Shown here: positions 13,001-31,000 of the stretch, one piece after another | Layout: the number at the start of each line of letters is the position of its first letter | Position numbering within the stretch: the stretch's first letter is position 1 | From: Eledone cirrhosa | Lineage: Eukaryota | Reading direction: 5' to 3' | DNA: 64,000 nucleotides | Assembly: GCA_964016885.1 (NCBI GenBank) | Contig: OZ024752.1 | Coordinates: 16,430,001-16,494,000 of the forward strand | Translations under genes and position numbers: made by a program | The notes under the pieces: model-generated | What the model was told of the DNA's origin: nothing | Database searches by the model: none | The model's input: only the letters and a program-made list of their open reading frames with translations

Positions 13001-16000
13001 CCTACCACCAACCATCTACCAACATCCATCTACCAACAACCATCTACCAACAATCACCTATCAACAACCACCTACCAACAACCACCTACCAACAACCACC
13101 TACCAACAACCATCTACCAACAACCACCTACCAACAACCACCTACAAACAACCACCTACCAACAACCATCTACCAACAACCATCTACCACCAATCACCTA
13201 CCAACAACCACCTACCAACAACCACCTACCACCAACCATCAACTTACAACCACCTACTGACAGCCATCTACCACCAACCATCTACCCACAACCACCTACC
13301 AACAACCATCTACCAACAACCACCTACCAACAACCATCTACCAACAACCACCTACCAACAACCATCTACCAACAACCACCTACCACCAACCACCTACCAC
13401 CAACCATCTACCAACAACCACCTACCAACCACCAACTACCACCAACAATCTACCTACAACCACCTACCAACAACCACCTACCAACAACCATCTACCAACA
13501 GCCATCTACCAACAACCACCTACCAACAACCACCTACCAACAACCACCTATCAACAACCATCTACCAACAACCATCTACCAACAACCATCTACCAACAAC
13601 CACCTACCGACAACCACCTACCAACAACCATCTACCAACAACCATCTACCAACAACCATCTATCAACAACCACCTACCAACAACCACCTACCAACAACCA
13701 TCTACCAACAACCATCTACCACCAACCACCTACCAACAACCACCTACCAACAACCACCTACCACCAACCATCTACCTACAACCACCTACTGACAACCATC
13801 TACCACCAACCATCTACCCACAACCACCTACCAACAACCATCTACCACCAACCATCTACCCACAACCACCTACCAACAACCATCTACCAACAACCATCTA
13901 CCAACAACCATCTACCAACAACCACCTACCGACAACCACCTACCAACAACCATCTACCAACAACCATCTACCAACAACCATCTACCAACAACCACCTACC
14001 AACAACCACCTACCAACAACCATCTACCAACAACCTTCTACCACCAACCACCTACCAACAACCACCTACCAACAACCACCTACCACCAAACATCTACCTA
14101 CAACCACCTACTGACAACCATCTACCACCAACCATCTACCCACAACCACCTACCAACAACCATCTACCACCAACCATCTACCCACAACCACCTACCAACA
14201 ACCATCTACCATCAACCATCTACCCACAACCATCTACCACCAACCATCTACCTACAACCACCTACTGACAACCATCTACCACCAACCATCTACCCACAAC
14301 CACCTACAAACAACCATCTACCACCAACCATCTACCCACAACCACCTACCACCAACCACCTACCAACAACCATCTACCACCAACCACCTACCTACAACCA
14401 CCTACTGACAACCATCTACCACCAACTATCTACCCACAACCACCTACCAACAACCATCTACCACCAACCACCTACCAACAACCATCTACCAACAACCATC
14501 TACCAACAACCATCTACCAACAACCACCTACCACCAACCACCTACCAACAACCACCTACCACCAATCATCTACCAACAACCATCTTCCCACAACCACCTA
14601 CCAACAAACATCTACCAACAACCACCTACAAACAACCATCTACCAACAACCATCTACCAACAACCACCTACCAACAACCACCTACCACTAACCATCTACC
14701 ACCAACCATCTACCAACAACCACCTACCAACAACCACCTACCAACAACCACCTACGAACAACCACCTACCACCAACAATCTACCAACAACCATCTACCCA
14801 CAACCACCTACCAACAACCATCTACCAACAACCACCTACCAACAACCATCTACCAACAACCATCTACCAACAACCACCTACCAACAACCACCTACCACCA
14901 ACCATCTACCAACAACCACCTACCGACAACCATCTACCACCAACCATCTACTAACAACCACCTACCACGAACCATCTACCAACAACCACCTATCAACAGC
15001 CATCTACCTACAACCATCTACCAACAACCACCTACCAACAACCATCTACCACCAACCATCTACCAACAACCTCCTACCAACAACGACCTACCAACAACCA
15101 TCTACCACCAACCATCTACCGACAACCACCTACCGACAACCATCTACCACCAACCATCTACCAACAACCATCTACCTACAACCACCTACCAACAACCACC
15201 TACCAACAACCATCTCCCAACAACCATCTACCAACAACCACCAACCAACAACCACCTACCTACAACCATCTACCAACAACCACCTACCAACAACCATCTA
15301 CCAATAACCATCTACCAACAACCATCTACCAACAACCACCTACCAACAACCACCTACCAACAACCATCTACCAACAACCATCTACCAACAACCACCTACC
15401 AACAACCATCTACCAACAACCATCTACCAACAACCATCTACCAACAACCATCTACCAACAACCACCTACCAACAACCACCTACCAACAACCATCTACCAA
15501 CAACCATCTACCAACAACCATCTACCAACAACCATCTACCAACAGCCATCAACCAACAACCACCTACCACCAACCACCTATCAACAGCCATCTACCTACG
15601 ACCATCTACCAACAACCACCTACCAACAACCATCTACCACAAACCATCTACCAACAACCACCTGCCACCAACCATCTACCAACAACCACCTACCAACAAC
15701 CATCTACCAACAACCACCTACTGACAACCACCTACCAACAACAATCTACCAACAACCATCTACGAACAACCATCTACCAACAACCATCTACCAACAACCA
15801 TCTACCAACAGCCATCTGCCAACAACCACCTACCAACAACCACCTACCGACAACCACCTACCAACAACCACCTACCAACAACCATCTACCAACAACCACC
15901 TACCACAAACCACCTATCAACAGCCATCTACCTACAACCATCTACCAACAACCACCTACCAAAAACCATCTACCACCAACCATCTACCAACAACCACCTA

Positions 16001-19000
16001 CCACCAACCATCTACCAACAACCACCTACCAACAACCATCTACCAACAACCACCTACTGACAACCACCTACCAACAACCACCTACCAACAACCACCTACC
16101 ACCAACCACCTACCAACAACCACCTACCACCAACCACCTACCACCAACCATCTACCAACAACCACCTACCAACAACCACCTACCACCAACCATCTACCTA
16201 CAACCACCTACCAACAACCACCTACCAACAACCATCTACCACCAACCATCTACCAACAACCATCTACCACCAACCATCTACCTACAACCACCTACCACCA
16301 ACCATCTACCAACAACCACCTACCAACAACCATCTACCAACAACAACCTGCTGACAACCACCTACCAACAACCACCTACCAACAACCACCTACCACCAAC
16401 CACCTACCAACAACCACCTACCACCAACCACCTACCACCAACCATCTACCAACATCCATCTACCAAGAACCATCTACCAACAATCACCTATCAACAACCA
16501 CCTACCAACAACCACCTACCAACAACCACCTACCAACAACCATCTACCAACAACCACCTACCGACAACCACCTACAAACAACCACCTACCAACAACCATC
16601 TACCAACAACCATCTACCACCAACCACCTACCAACAACCACCTACCAACAACCACCTACCACCAACCATCTACTTACAACCACCTACTGACAACCATCTA
16701 CCACCAACCATCTACCCACAACCACCTACCAACAACCATCTACCAACAACCACCTACCAACGACCATCTATCAACAACCACCTACCAACAACCATCTACC
16801 AACAACCACCTACCACCAACCACCTACCACCAACCATCTACCAACAACCACCTACCAACCACCAACTACCACCAACAATCTACCTACAACCACCTACCAA
16901 CAACCACCTACCAACAACCATCTACCAACAGCCATCTACCAACAACCACCTACCAACAACCACCTACCAACAACCACCTATCAACAACAATCTACCAACA
17001 ACCATCTACCAACAACCATCTACCAACAACCACCTACCGACAACCACCTACCAACAACCATCTACCAACAACCATCTACCAACAACCATCTATCAACAAC
17101 CACCTACCAACAACGACCTACCAACAACCATCTACCAACAACCATCTACCACCAACCACCTACCAACAACCACCTACCAACAACCACCTACCACCAACCA
17201 TCTACCTACAACCACCTACTGACAACCATCTACCACCAACCATCTACCCACAACCACCTACCAACAACCATCTACCACCAACCATCTACCCACAACCACC
17301 TACCAACAACCATCTACCAACAACCATCTACCAACAACCATCTACCAACAACCACCTACCGACAACCACCTACCAACAACCATCTACCAACAACCATCTA
17401 CCACCAACCATCTACCCACAACCACCTACCAACAACCATCTACCAACAGCCATCTACCAACAACCACCTACCAACAACCACCTACCGACAACCACCTACC
17501 AACAACCACCTACCAACAACCATCTACCAACAACCACCTACCACAAACCACCTATCAACAGCCATCTACCTACAACCATCTACCAACAACCACCTACCAA
17601 CAACCATCTACCACCAACCATCTACCAACAACCACCTACCACCAACCATCTACCAACAACCACCTACCAACAACCATCTACCAACAACCACCTACTGACA
17701 ACCACCTACCAACAACCACCTACCAACAACCACCTACCACCAACCACCTACCAACAACCACCTACCACCAACCACCTACCACCAACCATCTACCAACAAC
17801 CACCTACCAACAACCACCTACCACCAACCATCTACCTACAACCACCTACCAACAACCACCTACCAACAACCATCTACCACCAACCATCTACCAACAACCA
17901 TCTACCACCAACCATCTACCTACAACCACCTACCACCAACCATCTACCAACAACCACCTACCAACAACCATCTACCAACAACCACCTGCTGACAACCACC
18001 TACCAACAACCACCTACCAACAACCACCTACCACCAACCACCTACCAACAACCACCTACCACCAACCACCTACCACCAACCATCTACCAACATCCATCTA
18101 CCAACAACCATCTACCAACAATCACCTATCAACAACCACCTACCAACAACCACCTACCAACAACCACCTACCAACAACCATCTACCAACAACCACCTACC
18201 GACAACCACCTACAAACAACCACCTACCAACAACCATCTACCAACAACCATCTACCACCAATCACCTACCAACAACCACCTACCAACAACCACCTACCAC
18301 CAACCATCTACTTACAACCACCTACTGACAACCATCTACCACCAACCATCTACCCACAACCACCTACCAACAACCATCTACCAACAACCACCTACCAACA
18401 ACCATCTATCAACAACCACCTACCAACAACCATCTACCAACAACCACCTACCACCAACCACCTACCACCAACCATCTACCAACAACCACCTACCAACCAC
18501 CAACTACCACCAACAATCTACCTACAACCACCTACCAACAACCACCTACCAACAACCAGCTACCAACAGCCATCTACCAACAACCACCTACCAACAACCA
18601 CCTACCAACAACCACCTATCAACAACCATCTACCAACAACCATCTACCAACAACCATCTACCAACAACCACCTACCGACAACCACCTACCAACAACCATC
18701 TACCAACAACCATCTACCAACAACCATCTATCAACAACCACCTACCAACAACGACCTACCAACAACCATCTACCAACAACCATCTACCACCAACCACCTA
18801 CCAACAACCACCTACCAACAACCACCTACCACCAACCATCTACCTACAACCACCTACTGACAACCATCTACCACCAACCATCTACCCACAACCACCTACC
18901 AACAACCATCTACCACCAACCATCTACCCACAACCACCTACCAACAACCATCTACCAACAACCATCTACCAACAACCATCTACCAACAACCACCTACCGA

Positions 19001-22000
19001 CAACCACCTACCAACAACCATCTACCAACAACCATCTACCACCAACCATCTACCCACAACCACCTACCAACAACCATCTACCAACAGCCATCTACCAACA
19101 ACCACCTACCAACAACCACCTACCGACAACCACCTACCAACAACCACCTACCAACAACCATCTACCAACAACCACCTACCACAAACCACCTATCAACAGC
19201 CATCTACCTACAACCATCTACCAACAACCACCTACCAACAACCATCTACCACCAACCATCTACCAACAACCACCTACCACCAACCATCTACCAACAACCA
19301 CCTACCAACAACCATCTACCAACAACCACCTACTGACAACCACCTACCAACAACCACCTACCAACAACCACCTACCACCAACCACCTACCAACAACCACC
19401 TACCACCAACCACCTACCACCAACCATCTACCAACAACCACCTACCAACAACCACCTACCACCAACCATCTACCTACAACCACCTACCAACAACCACCTA
19501 CCAACAACCATCTACCACCAACCATCTACCAACAACCATCTACCACCAACCATCTACCTACAACCACCTACCACCAACCATCTACCAACAACCACCTACC
19601 AACAACCATCTACCAACAACCACCTGCTGACAACCACCTACCAACAACCACCTACCAACAACCACCTACCACCAACCACCTACCAACAACCATCTACCAA
19701 CAACCACCTACCGACAACCACCTACAAACAACCACCTACCAACAACCATCTACCAACAACCATCTACCACCAATCACCTACCAACAACCACCTACCAACA
19801 ACCACCTACCACCAACCATCAACTTACAACCACCTACTGACAACCATCTACCACCAACCATCTACCCACAACCACCTACCAACAACCATCTACCAACAAC
19901 CACCTACCAACAACCATCTACCAACAACCACCTACCAACAACCATCTACCAACAACCACCTACCACCAACCACCTACCACCAACCATCTACCAACAACCA
20001 CCTACCAACCACCAACTACCACCAACAATCTACCTACAACCACCTACCAACAACCACCTACCAACAACCATCTACCAACAGCCATCTACCAACAACCACC
20101 TACCAACAACCACCTACCAACAACCACCTATCAACAACCATCTACCAACAACCATCTACCAACAACCATCTACCAATAACCACCTACCGACAACCACCTA
20201 CCAACAACCATCTACCAACAACCATCTACCAACAACCATCTATCAACAACCACCTACCAACAACCACCTACCAACAACCATCTACCAACAACCATCTACC
20301 ACCAACCACCTACCAACAACCACCTACCAACAACCACCTACCACCAACCATCTACCTACAACCACCTACTGACAACCATCTACCACCAACCATCTACCCA
20401 CAACCACCTACCAACAACCATCTACCACCAACCATCTACCCACAACCACCTACCAACAACCATCTACCAACAACCATCTACCAACAACCATCTACCAACA
20501 ACCACCTACCGACAACCACCTACCAACAACCATCTACCAACAACCATCTACCAACAACCATCTACCAACAACCACCTACCAACAACCACCTATCAACAAC
20601 CATCTACCAACAACCTTCTACCACCAACCACCTACCAACAACCACCTACCAACAACCACCTACCACCAAACATCTACCTACAACCACCTACTGACAACCA
20701 TCTACCACCAACCATCTACCCACAACCACCTACCAACAACCATCTACCACCAACCATCTACCCACAACCACCTACCAACAACCATCTACCATCAACCATC
20801 TACCCACAACCATCTACCACCAACCATCTACCTACAACCACCTACTGACAACCATCTACCACCAACCATCTACCCACAACCACCTACCAACAACCATCTA
20901 CCACCAACCATCTACCCACAACCACCTACCACCAACCACCTACCAACAACCATCTACCACCAACCACCTACCTACAACCACCTACTGACAACCATCTACC
21001 ACCAACTATCTACCCACAACCACCTACCAACAACCATCTACCACCAACCACCTACCAACAACCATCTACCAACAACCATCTACCAACAACCATCTACCAA
21101 CAACCACCTACCACCAACCACCTACCAACAACCACCTACCACCAATCATCTACCAACAACCATCTTCCCACAACCACCTACCAACAAACATCTACCAACA
21201 ACCACCTACAAGCAACCATCTACCAACAACCATCTACCAACAACCACCTACCAACAACCACCTACCACTAACCATCTACCACCAACCATCTACCAACAAC
21301 CACCTACCAACAACCACCTACCAACAACCACCTACGAACAACCACCTACCACCAACAATCTACCAACAACCATCTACCCACAACCACCTACCAACAACCA
21401 TCTACCAACAACCACCTACCAACAACCATCTACCAACAACCATCTACCAACAACCACCTACCAACAACCACCTACCACCAACCATCTACCAACAACCACC
21501 TACCACCAACCATCTACCAACAACCATCTACCCACAACCACCTACCAACAACCATCTACCAACAACCATTACCAACAACCTCCTACCAACAAAAAATCTA
21601 CCAACAACCACCTACCAACAACCACCTACCACCAACCATCTACCAACAACCATCTACCAATAACCTCCTACCGACAACCACCTACCAACAACCATCTACC
21701 AACAACCATCTACCAACAACCATCTATCAACAACCACCTACCAACAACCACCTACCAACAACCATCTACCAACAACCATCTACCACCAACCACCTACCAA
21801 CAACCACCTACCAACAACCACCTACCACCAACCATCTACCTACAACCACCTACTGACAACCTCCTACCACCAACCATCTACCCACAACCACCTACCAACA
21901 ACCATCTACCACCAACCATCTACCCACAACCACCTACCAACAACCATCTACCAACAACCATCTACCAACAACCATCTACCAACAACCACCTACCGACAAC

Positions 22001-25000
22001 CACCTACCAACAACCATCTACCAACAACCATCTACCAACAACCATCTACCAACAACCACCTACCAACAACCACCTACCAACAACCATCTACCAACAACCT
22101 TCTACCACCAACCACCTACCAACAACCACCTACCAACAACCACCTACCACCAAACATCTACCTACAACCACCTACTGACAACCATCTACCACCAACCATC
22201 TACCCACAACCACCTACCAACAACCATCTACCACCAACCATCTACCCACAACCACCTACCAACAACCATCTACCATCAACCATCTACCCACAACCATCTA
22301 CCACCAACCATCTACCTACAACCACCTACTGACAACCATCTACCACCAACCATCTACCCACAACCACCTACCAACAACCATCTACCACCAACCATCTACC
22401 CACAACCACCTACCACCAACCACCTACCAACAACCATCTACCACCAACCACCTACCTACAACCACCTACTGACAACCATCTACCACCAACTATCTACCCA
22501 CAACCACCTACCAACAACCATCTACCAACAACCACCTACCAACAACCATCTACCAACAACCACCTACCACCAACCACCTACCACCAACCATCTACCAACA
22601 ACCACCTACCAACCACCAACTACCACCAACAATCTACCTACAACCACCTACCAACAACCACCTACCAACAACCATCTACCAACAGCCATCTACCAACAAC
22701 CACCTACCAACAACCACCTACCAACAACCACCTATCAACAACCATCTACCAACAACCATCTACCAACAACCATCTACCAACAACCACCTACCGACAACCA
22801 CCTACCAACAACCATCTACCAACAACCATCTACCAACAACCATCTATCAACAACCACCTACCAACAACCACCTACCAACAACCATCTACCAACAACCATC
22901 TACCACCAACCACCTACCAACAACCACCTACCAACAACCACCTACCACCAACCATCTACCTACAACCACCTACTGACAACCATCTACCACCAACCATCTA
23001 CCCACAACCACCTACCAACAACCATCTACCACCAACCATCTACCCACAACCACCTACCAACAACCATCTACCAACAACCATCTACCAACAACCATCTACC
23101 AACAACCACCTACCGACAACCACCTACCAACAACCATCTACCAACAACCATCTACCAACAACCATCTACCAACAACCACCTACCAACAACCACCTACCAA
23201 CAACCATCTACCAACAACCTTCTACCACCAACCACCTACCAACAACCACCTACCAACAACCACCTACCACCAAACATCTACCTACAACCACCTACTGACA
23301 ACCATCTACCACCAACCATCTACCCACAACCACCTACCAACAACCATCTACCACCAACCATCTACCCACAACCACCTACCAACAACCATCTACCATCAAC
23401 CATCTACCCACAACCATCTACCACCAACCATCTACCTACAACCACCTACTGACAACCATCTACCACCAACCATCTACCCACAACCACCTACAAACAACCA
23501 TCTACCACCAACCATCTACCCACAACCACCTACCACCAACCACCTACCAACAACCATCTACCACCAACCACCTACCTACAACCACCTACTGACAACCATC
23601 TACCACCAACTATCTACCCACAACCACCTACCAACAACCATCTACCACCAACCACCTACCAACAACCATCTACCAACAACCATCTACCAACAACCATCTA
23701 CCAACAACCACCTACCACCAACCACCTACCAACAACCACCTACCACCAATCATCTACCAACAACCATCTTCCCACAACCACCTACCAACAAACATCTACC
23801 AACAACCACCTACAAACAACCATCTACCAACAACCATCTACCAACAACCACCTACCAACAACCACCTACCACTAACCATCTACCACCAACCATCTACCAA
23901 CAACCACCTACCAACAACCACCTACCAACAACCACCTACGAACAACCACCTACCACCAACAATCTACCAACAACCATCTACCCACAACCACCTACCAACA
24001 ACCATCTACCAACAACCACCTACCAACAACCATCTACCAACAACCATCTACCAACAACCACCTACCAACAACCACCTACCACCAACCATCTACCAACAAC
24101 CACCTACCGACAACCATCTACCACCAACCATCTACTAACAACCACCTACCACGAACCATCTACCAACAACCACCTATCAACAGCCATCTACCTACAACCA
24201 TCTACCAACAACCACCTACCAACAACCATCTACCACCAACCATCTACCAACAACCTCCTACCAACAACGACCTACCAACAACCATCTACCACCAACCATC
24301 TACCGACAACCACCTACCGACAACCATCTACCACCAACCATCTACCAACAACCATCTACCTACAACCACCTACCAACAACCACCTACCAACAACCATCTC
24401 CCAACAACCATCTACCAACAACCACCAACCAACAACCACCTACCTACAACCATCTACCAACAACCACCTACCAACAACCATCTACCAATAACCATCTACC
24501 AACAACCATCTACCAACAACCACCTACCAACAACCACCTACCAACAACCATCTACCAACAACCATCTACCAACAACCATCTACCAACAACCATCTACCAA
24601 CAGCCATCAACCAACAACCACCTACCACCAACCACCTATCAACAGCCATCTACCTACGACCATCTACCAACAACCACCTACCAACAACCATCTACCACAA
24701 ACCATCTACCAACAACCACCTGCCACCAACCATCTACCAACAACCACCTACCAACAACCATCTACCAACAACCACCTACTGACAACCACCTACCAACAAC
24801 AATCTACCAACAACCATCTACGAACAACCATCTACCAACAACCATCTACCAACAACCATCTACCAACAGCCATCTGCCAACAACCACCTACCAACAACCA
24901 CCTACCGACAACCACCTACCAACAACCACCTACCAACAACCATCTACCAACAACCACCTACCACAAACCACCTATCAACAGCCATCTACCTACAACCATC

Positions 25001-28000
25001 TACCAACAACCACCTACCAAAAACCATCTACCACCAACCATCTACCAACAACCACCTACCACCAACCATCTACCAACAACCACCTACCAACAACCATCTA
25101 CCAACAACCACCTACTGACAACCACCTACCAACAACCACCTACCAACAACCACCTACCACCAACCACCTACCAACAACCACCTACCACCAACCACCTACC
25201 ACCAACCATCTACCAACAACCACCTACCAACAACCACCTACCACCAACCATCTACCTACAACCACCTACCAACAACCACCTACCAACAACCATCTACCAC
25301 CAACCATCTACCAACAACCATCTACCACCAACCATCTACCTACAACCACCTACCACCAACCATCTACCAACAACCACCTACCAACAACCATCTACCAACA
25401 ACAACCTGCTGACAACCACCTACCAACAACCACCTACCAACAACCACCTACCACCAACCACCTACCAACAACCACCTACCACCAACCACCTACCACCAAC
25501 CATCTACCAACATCCATCTACCAAGAACCATCTACCAACAATCACCTATCAACAACCACCTACCAACAACCACCTACCAACAACCACCTACCAACAACCA
25601 TCTACCAACAACCACCTACCGACAACCACCTACAAACAACCACCTACCAACAACCATCTACCAACAACCATCTACCACCAACCACCTACCAACAACCACC
25701 TACCAACAACCACCTACCACCAACCATCTACTTACAACCACCTACTGACAACCATCTACCACCAACCATCTACCCACAACCACCTACCAACAACCATCTA
25801 CCAACAACCACCTACCAACGACCATCTATCAACAACCACCTACCAACAACCATCTACCAACAACCACCTACCACCAACCACCTACCACCAACCATCTACC
25901 AACAACCACCTACCAACCACCAACTACCACCAACAATCTACCTACAACCACCTACCAACAACCACCTACCAACAACCATCTACCAACAGCCATCTACCAA
26001 CAACCACCTACCAACAACCACCTACCAACAACCACCTATCAACAACAATCTACCAACAACCATCTACCAACAACCATCTACCAACAACCACCTACCGACA
26101 ACCACCTACCAACAACCATCTACCAACAACCATCTACCAACAACCATCTATCAACAACCACCTACCAACAACGACCTACCAACAACCATCTACCAACAAC
26201 CATCTACCACCAACCACCTACCAACAACCACCTACCAACAACCACCTACCACCAACCATCTACCTACAACCACCTACTGACAACCATCTACCACCAACCA
26301 TCTACCCACAACCACCTACCAACAACCATCTACCACCAACCATCTACCCACAACCACCTACCAACAACCATCTACCAACAACCATCTACCAACAACCATC
26401 TACCAACAACCACCTACCGACAACCACCTACCAACAACCATCTACCAACAACCATCTACCACCAACCATCTACCCACAACCACCTACCAACAACCATCTA
26501 CCAACAGCCATCTACCAACAACCACCTACCAACAACCACCTACCGACAACCACCTACCAACAACCACCTACCAACAACCATCTACCAACAACCACCTACC
26601 ACAAACCACCTATCAACAGCCATCTACCTACAACCATCTACCAACAACCACCTACCAACAACCATCTACCACCAACCATCTACCAACAACCACCTACCAC
26701 CAACCATCTACCAACAACCACCTACCAACAACCATCTACCAACAACCACCTACTGACAACCACCTACCAACAACCACCTACCAACAACCACCTACCACCA
26801 ACCACCTACCAACAACCACCTACCACCAACCACCTACCACCAACCATCTACCAACAACCACCTACCAACAACCACCTACCACCAACCATCTACCTACAAC
26901 CACCTACCAACAACCACCTACCAACAACCATCTACCACCAACCATCTACCAACAACCATCTACCACCAACCATCTACCTACAACCACCTACCACCAACCA
27001 TCTACCAACAACCACCTACCAACAACCATCTACCAACAACCACCTGCTGACAACCACCTACCAACAACCACCTACCAACAACCACCTACCACCAACCACC
27101 TACCAACAACCACCTACCACCAACCACCTACCACCAACCATCTACCAACATCCATCTACCAACAACCATCTACCAACAATCACCTATCAACAACCACCTA
27201 CCAACAACCACCTACCAACAACCACCTACCAACAACCATCTACCAACAACCACCTACCGACAACCACCTACAAACAACCACCTACCAACAACCATCTACC
27301 AACAACCATCTACCACCAATCACCTACCAACAACCACCTACCAACAACCACCTACCACCAACCATCTACTTACAACCACCTACTGACAACCATCTACCAC
27401 CAACCATCTACCCACAACCACCTACCAACAACCATCTACCAACAACCACCTACCAACAACCATCTATCAACAACCACCTACCAACAACCATCTACCAACA
27501 ACCACCTACCACCAACCACCTACCACCAACCATCTACCAACAACCACCTACCAACCACCAACTACCACCAACAATCTACCTACAACCACCTACCAACAAC
27601 CACCTACCAACAACCAGCTACCAACAGCCATCTACCAACAACCACCTACCAACAACCACCTACCAACAACCACCTATCAACAACCATCTACCAACAACCA
27701 TCTACCAACAACCATCTACCAACAACCACCTACCGACAACCACCTACCAACAACCATCTACCAACAACCATCTACCAACAACCATCTATCAACAACCACC
27801 TACCAACAACGACCTACCAACAACCATCTACCAACAACCATCTACCACCAACCACCTACCAACAACCACCTACCAACAACCACCTACCACCAACCATCTA
27901 CCTACAACCACCTACTGACAACCATCTACCACCAACCATCTACCCACAACCACCTACCAACAACCATCTACCACCAACCATCTACCCACAACCACCTACC

Positions 28001-31000
28001 AACAACCATCTACCAACAACCATCTACCAACAACCATCTACCAACAACCACCTACCGACAACCACCTACCAACAACCATCTACCAACAACCATCTACCAC
28101 CAACCATCTACCCACAACCACCTACCAACAACCATCTACCAACAGCCATCTACCAACAACCACCTACCAACAACCACCTACCGACAACCACCTACCAACA
28201 ACCACCTACCAACAACCATCTACCAACAACCACCTACCACAAACCACCTATCAACAGCCATCTACCTACAACCATCTACCAACAACCACCTACCAACAAC
28301 CATCTACCACCAACCATCTACCAACAACCACCTACCACCAACCATCTACCAACAACCACCTACCAACAACCATCTACCAACAACCACCTACTGACAACCA
28401 CCTACCAACAACCACCTACCAACAACCACCTACCACCAACCACCTACCAACAACCACCTACCACCAACCACCTACCACCAACCATCTACCAACAACCACC
28501 TACCAACAACCACCTACCACCAACCATCTACCTACAACCACCTACCAACAACCACCTACCAACAACCATCTACCACCAACCATCTACCAACAACCATCTA
28601 CCACCAACCATCTACCTACAACCACCTACCACCAACCATCTACCAACAACCACCTACCAACAACCATCTACCAACAACCACCTGCTGACAACCACCTACC
28701 AACAACCACCTACCAACAACCACCTACCACCAACCACCTACCAACAACCATCTACCAACAACCACCTACCGACAACCACCTACAAACAACCACCTACCAA
28801 CAACCATCTACCAACAACCATCTACCACCAATCACCTACCAACAACCACCTACCAACAACCACCTACCACCAACCATCAACTTACAACCACCTACTGACA
28901 ACCATCTACCACCAACCATCTACCCACAACCACCTACCAACAACCATCTACCAACAACCACCTACCAACAACCATCTACCAACAACCACCTACCAACAAC
29001 CATCTACCAACAACCACCTACCACCAACCACCTACCACCAACCATCTACCAACAACCACCTACCAACCACCAACTACCACCAACAATCTACCTACAACCA
29101 CCTACCAACAACCACCTACCAACAACCATCTACCAACAGCCATCTACCAACAACCACCTACAAACAACCACCTACCAACAACCACCTATCAACAACCATC
29201 TACCAACAACCATCTACCAACAACCATCTACCAATAACCACCTACCGACAACCACCTACCAACAACCATCTACCAACAACCATCTACCAACAACCATCTA
29301 TCAACAACCACCTACCAACAACCACCTACCAACAACCATCTACCAACAACCATCTACCACCAACCACCTACCAACAACCACCTACCAACAACCACCTACC
29401 ACCAACCATCTACCTACAACCACCTACTGACAACCATCTACCACCAACCATCTACCCACAACCACCTACCAACAACCATCTACCACCAACCATCTACCCA
29501 CAACCACCTACCAACAACCATCTACCAACAACCATCTACCAACAACCATCTACCAACAACCACCTACCGACAACCACCTACCAACAACCATCTACCAACA
29601 ACCATCTACCAACAACCATCTACCAACAACCACCTACCAACAACCACCTATCAACAACCATCTACCAACAACCTTCTACCACCAACCACCTACCAACAAC
29701 CACCTACCAACAACCACCTACCACCAAACATCTACCTACAACCACCTACTGACAACCATCTACCACCAACCATCTACCCACAACCACCTACCAACAACCA
29801 TCTACCACCAACCATCTACCCACAACCACCTACCAACAACCATCTACCATCAACCATCTACCCACAACCATCTACCACCAACCATCTACCTACAACCACC
29901 TACTGACAACCATCTACCACCAACCATCTACCCACAACCACCTACCAACAACCATCTACCACCAACCATCTACCCACAACCACCTACCACCAACCACCTA
30001 CCAACAACCATCTACCACCAACCACCTACCTACAACCACCTACTGACAACCATCTACCACCAACTATCTACCCACAACCACCTACCAACAACCATCTACC
30101 ACCAACCACCTACCAACAACCATCTACCAACAACCATCTACCAACAACCATCTACCAACAACCACCTACCACCAACCACCTACCAACAACCACCTACCAC
30201 CAATCATCTACCAACAACCATCTTCCCACAACCACCTACCAACAAACATCTACCAACAACCACCTACAAGCAACCATCTACCAACAACCATCTACCAACA
30301 ACCACCTACCAACAACCACCTACCACTAACCATCTACCACCAACCATCTACCAACAACCACCTACCAACAACCACCTACCAACAACCACCTACGAACAAC
30401 CACCTACCACCAACAATCTACCAACAACCATCTACCCACAACCACCTACCAACAACCATCTACCAACAACCACCTACCAACAACCATCTACCAACAACCA
30501 TCTACCAACAACCACCTACCAACAACCACCTACCACCAACCATCTACCAACAACCACCTACCACCAACCATCTACCAACAACCATCTACCCACAACCACC
30601 TACCAACAACCATCTACCAACAACCATTACCAACAACCTCCTACCAACAAAAAATCTACCAACAACCACCTACCAACAACCACCTACCACCAACCATCTA
30701 CCAACAACCATCTACCAATAACCTCCTACCGACAACCACCTACCAACAACCATCTACCAACAACCATCTACCAACAACCATCTATCAACAACCACCTACC
30801 AACAACCACCTACCAACAACCATCTACCAACAACCATCTACCACCAACCACCTACCAACAACCACCTACCAACAACCACCTACCACCAACCATCTACCTA
30901 CAACCACCTACTGACAACCTCCTACCACCAACCATCTACCCACAACCACCTACCAACAACCATCTACCACCAACCATCTACCCACAACCACCTACCAACA

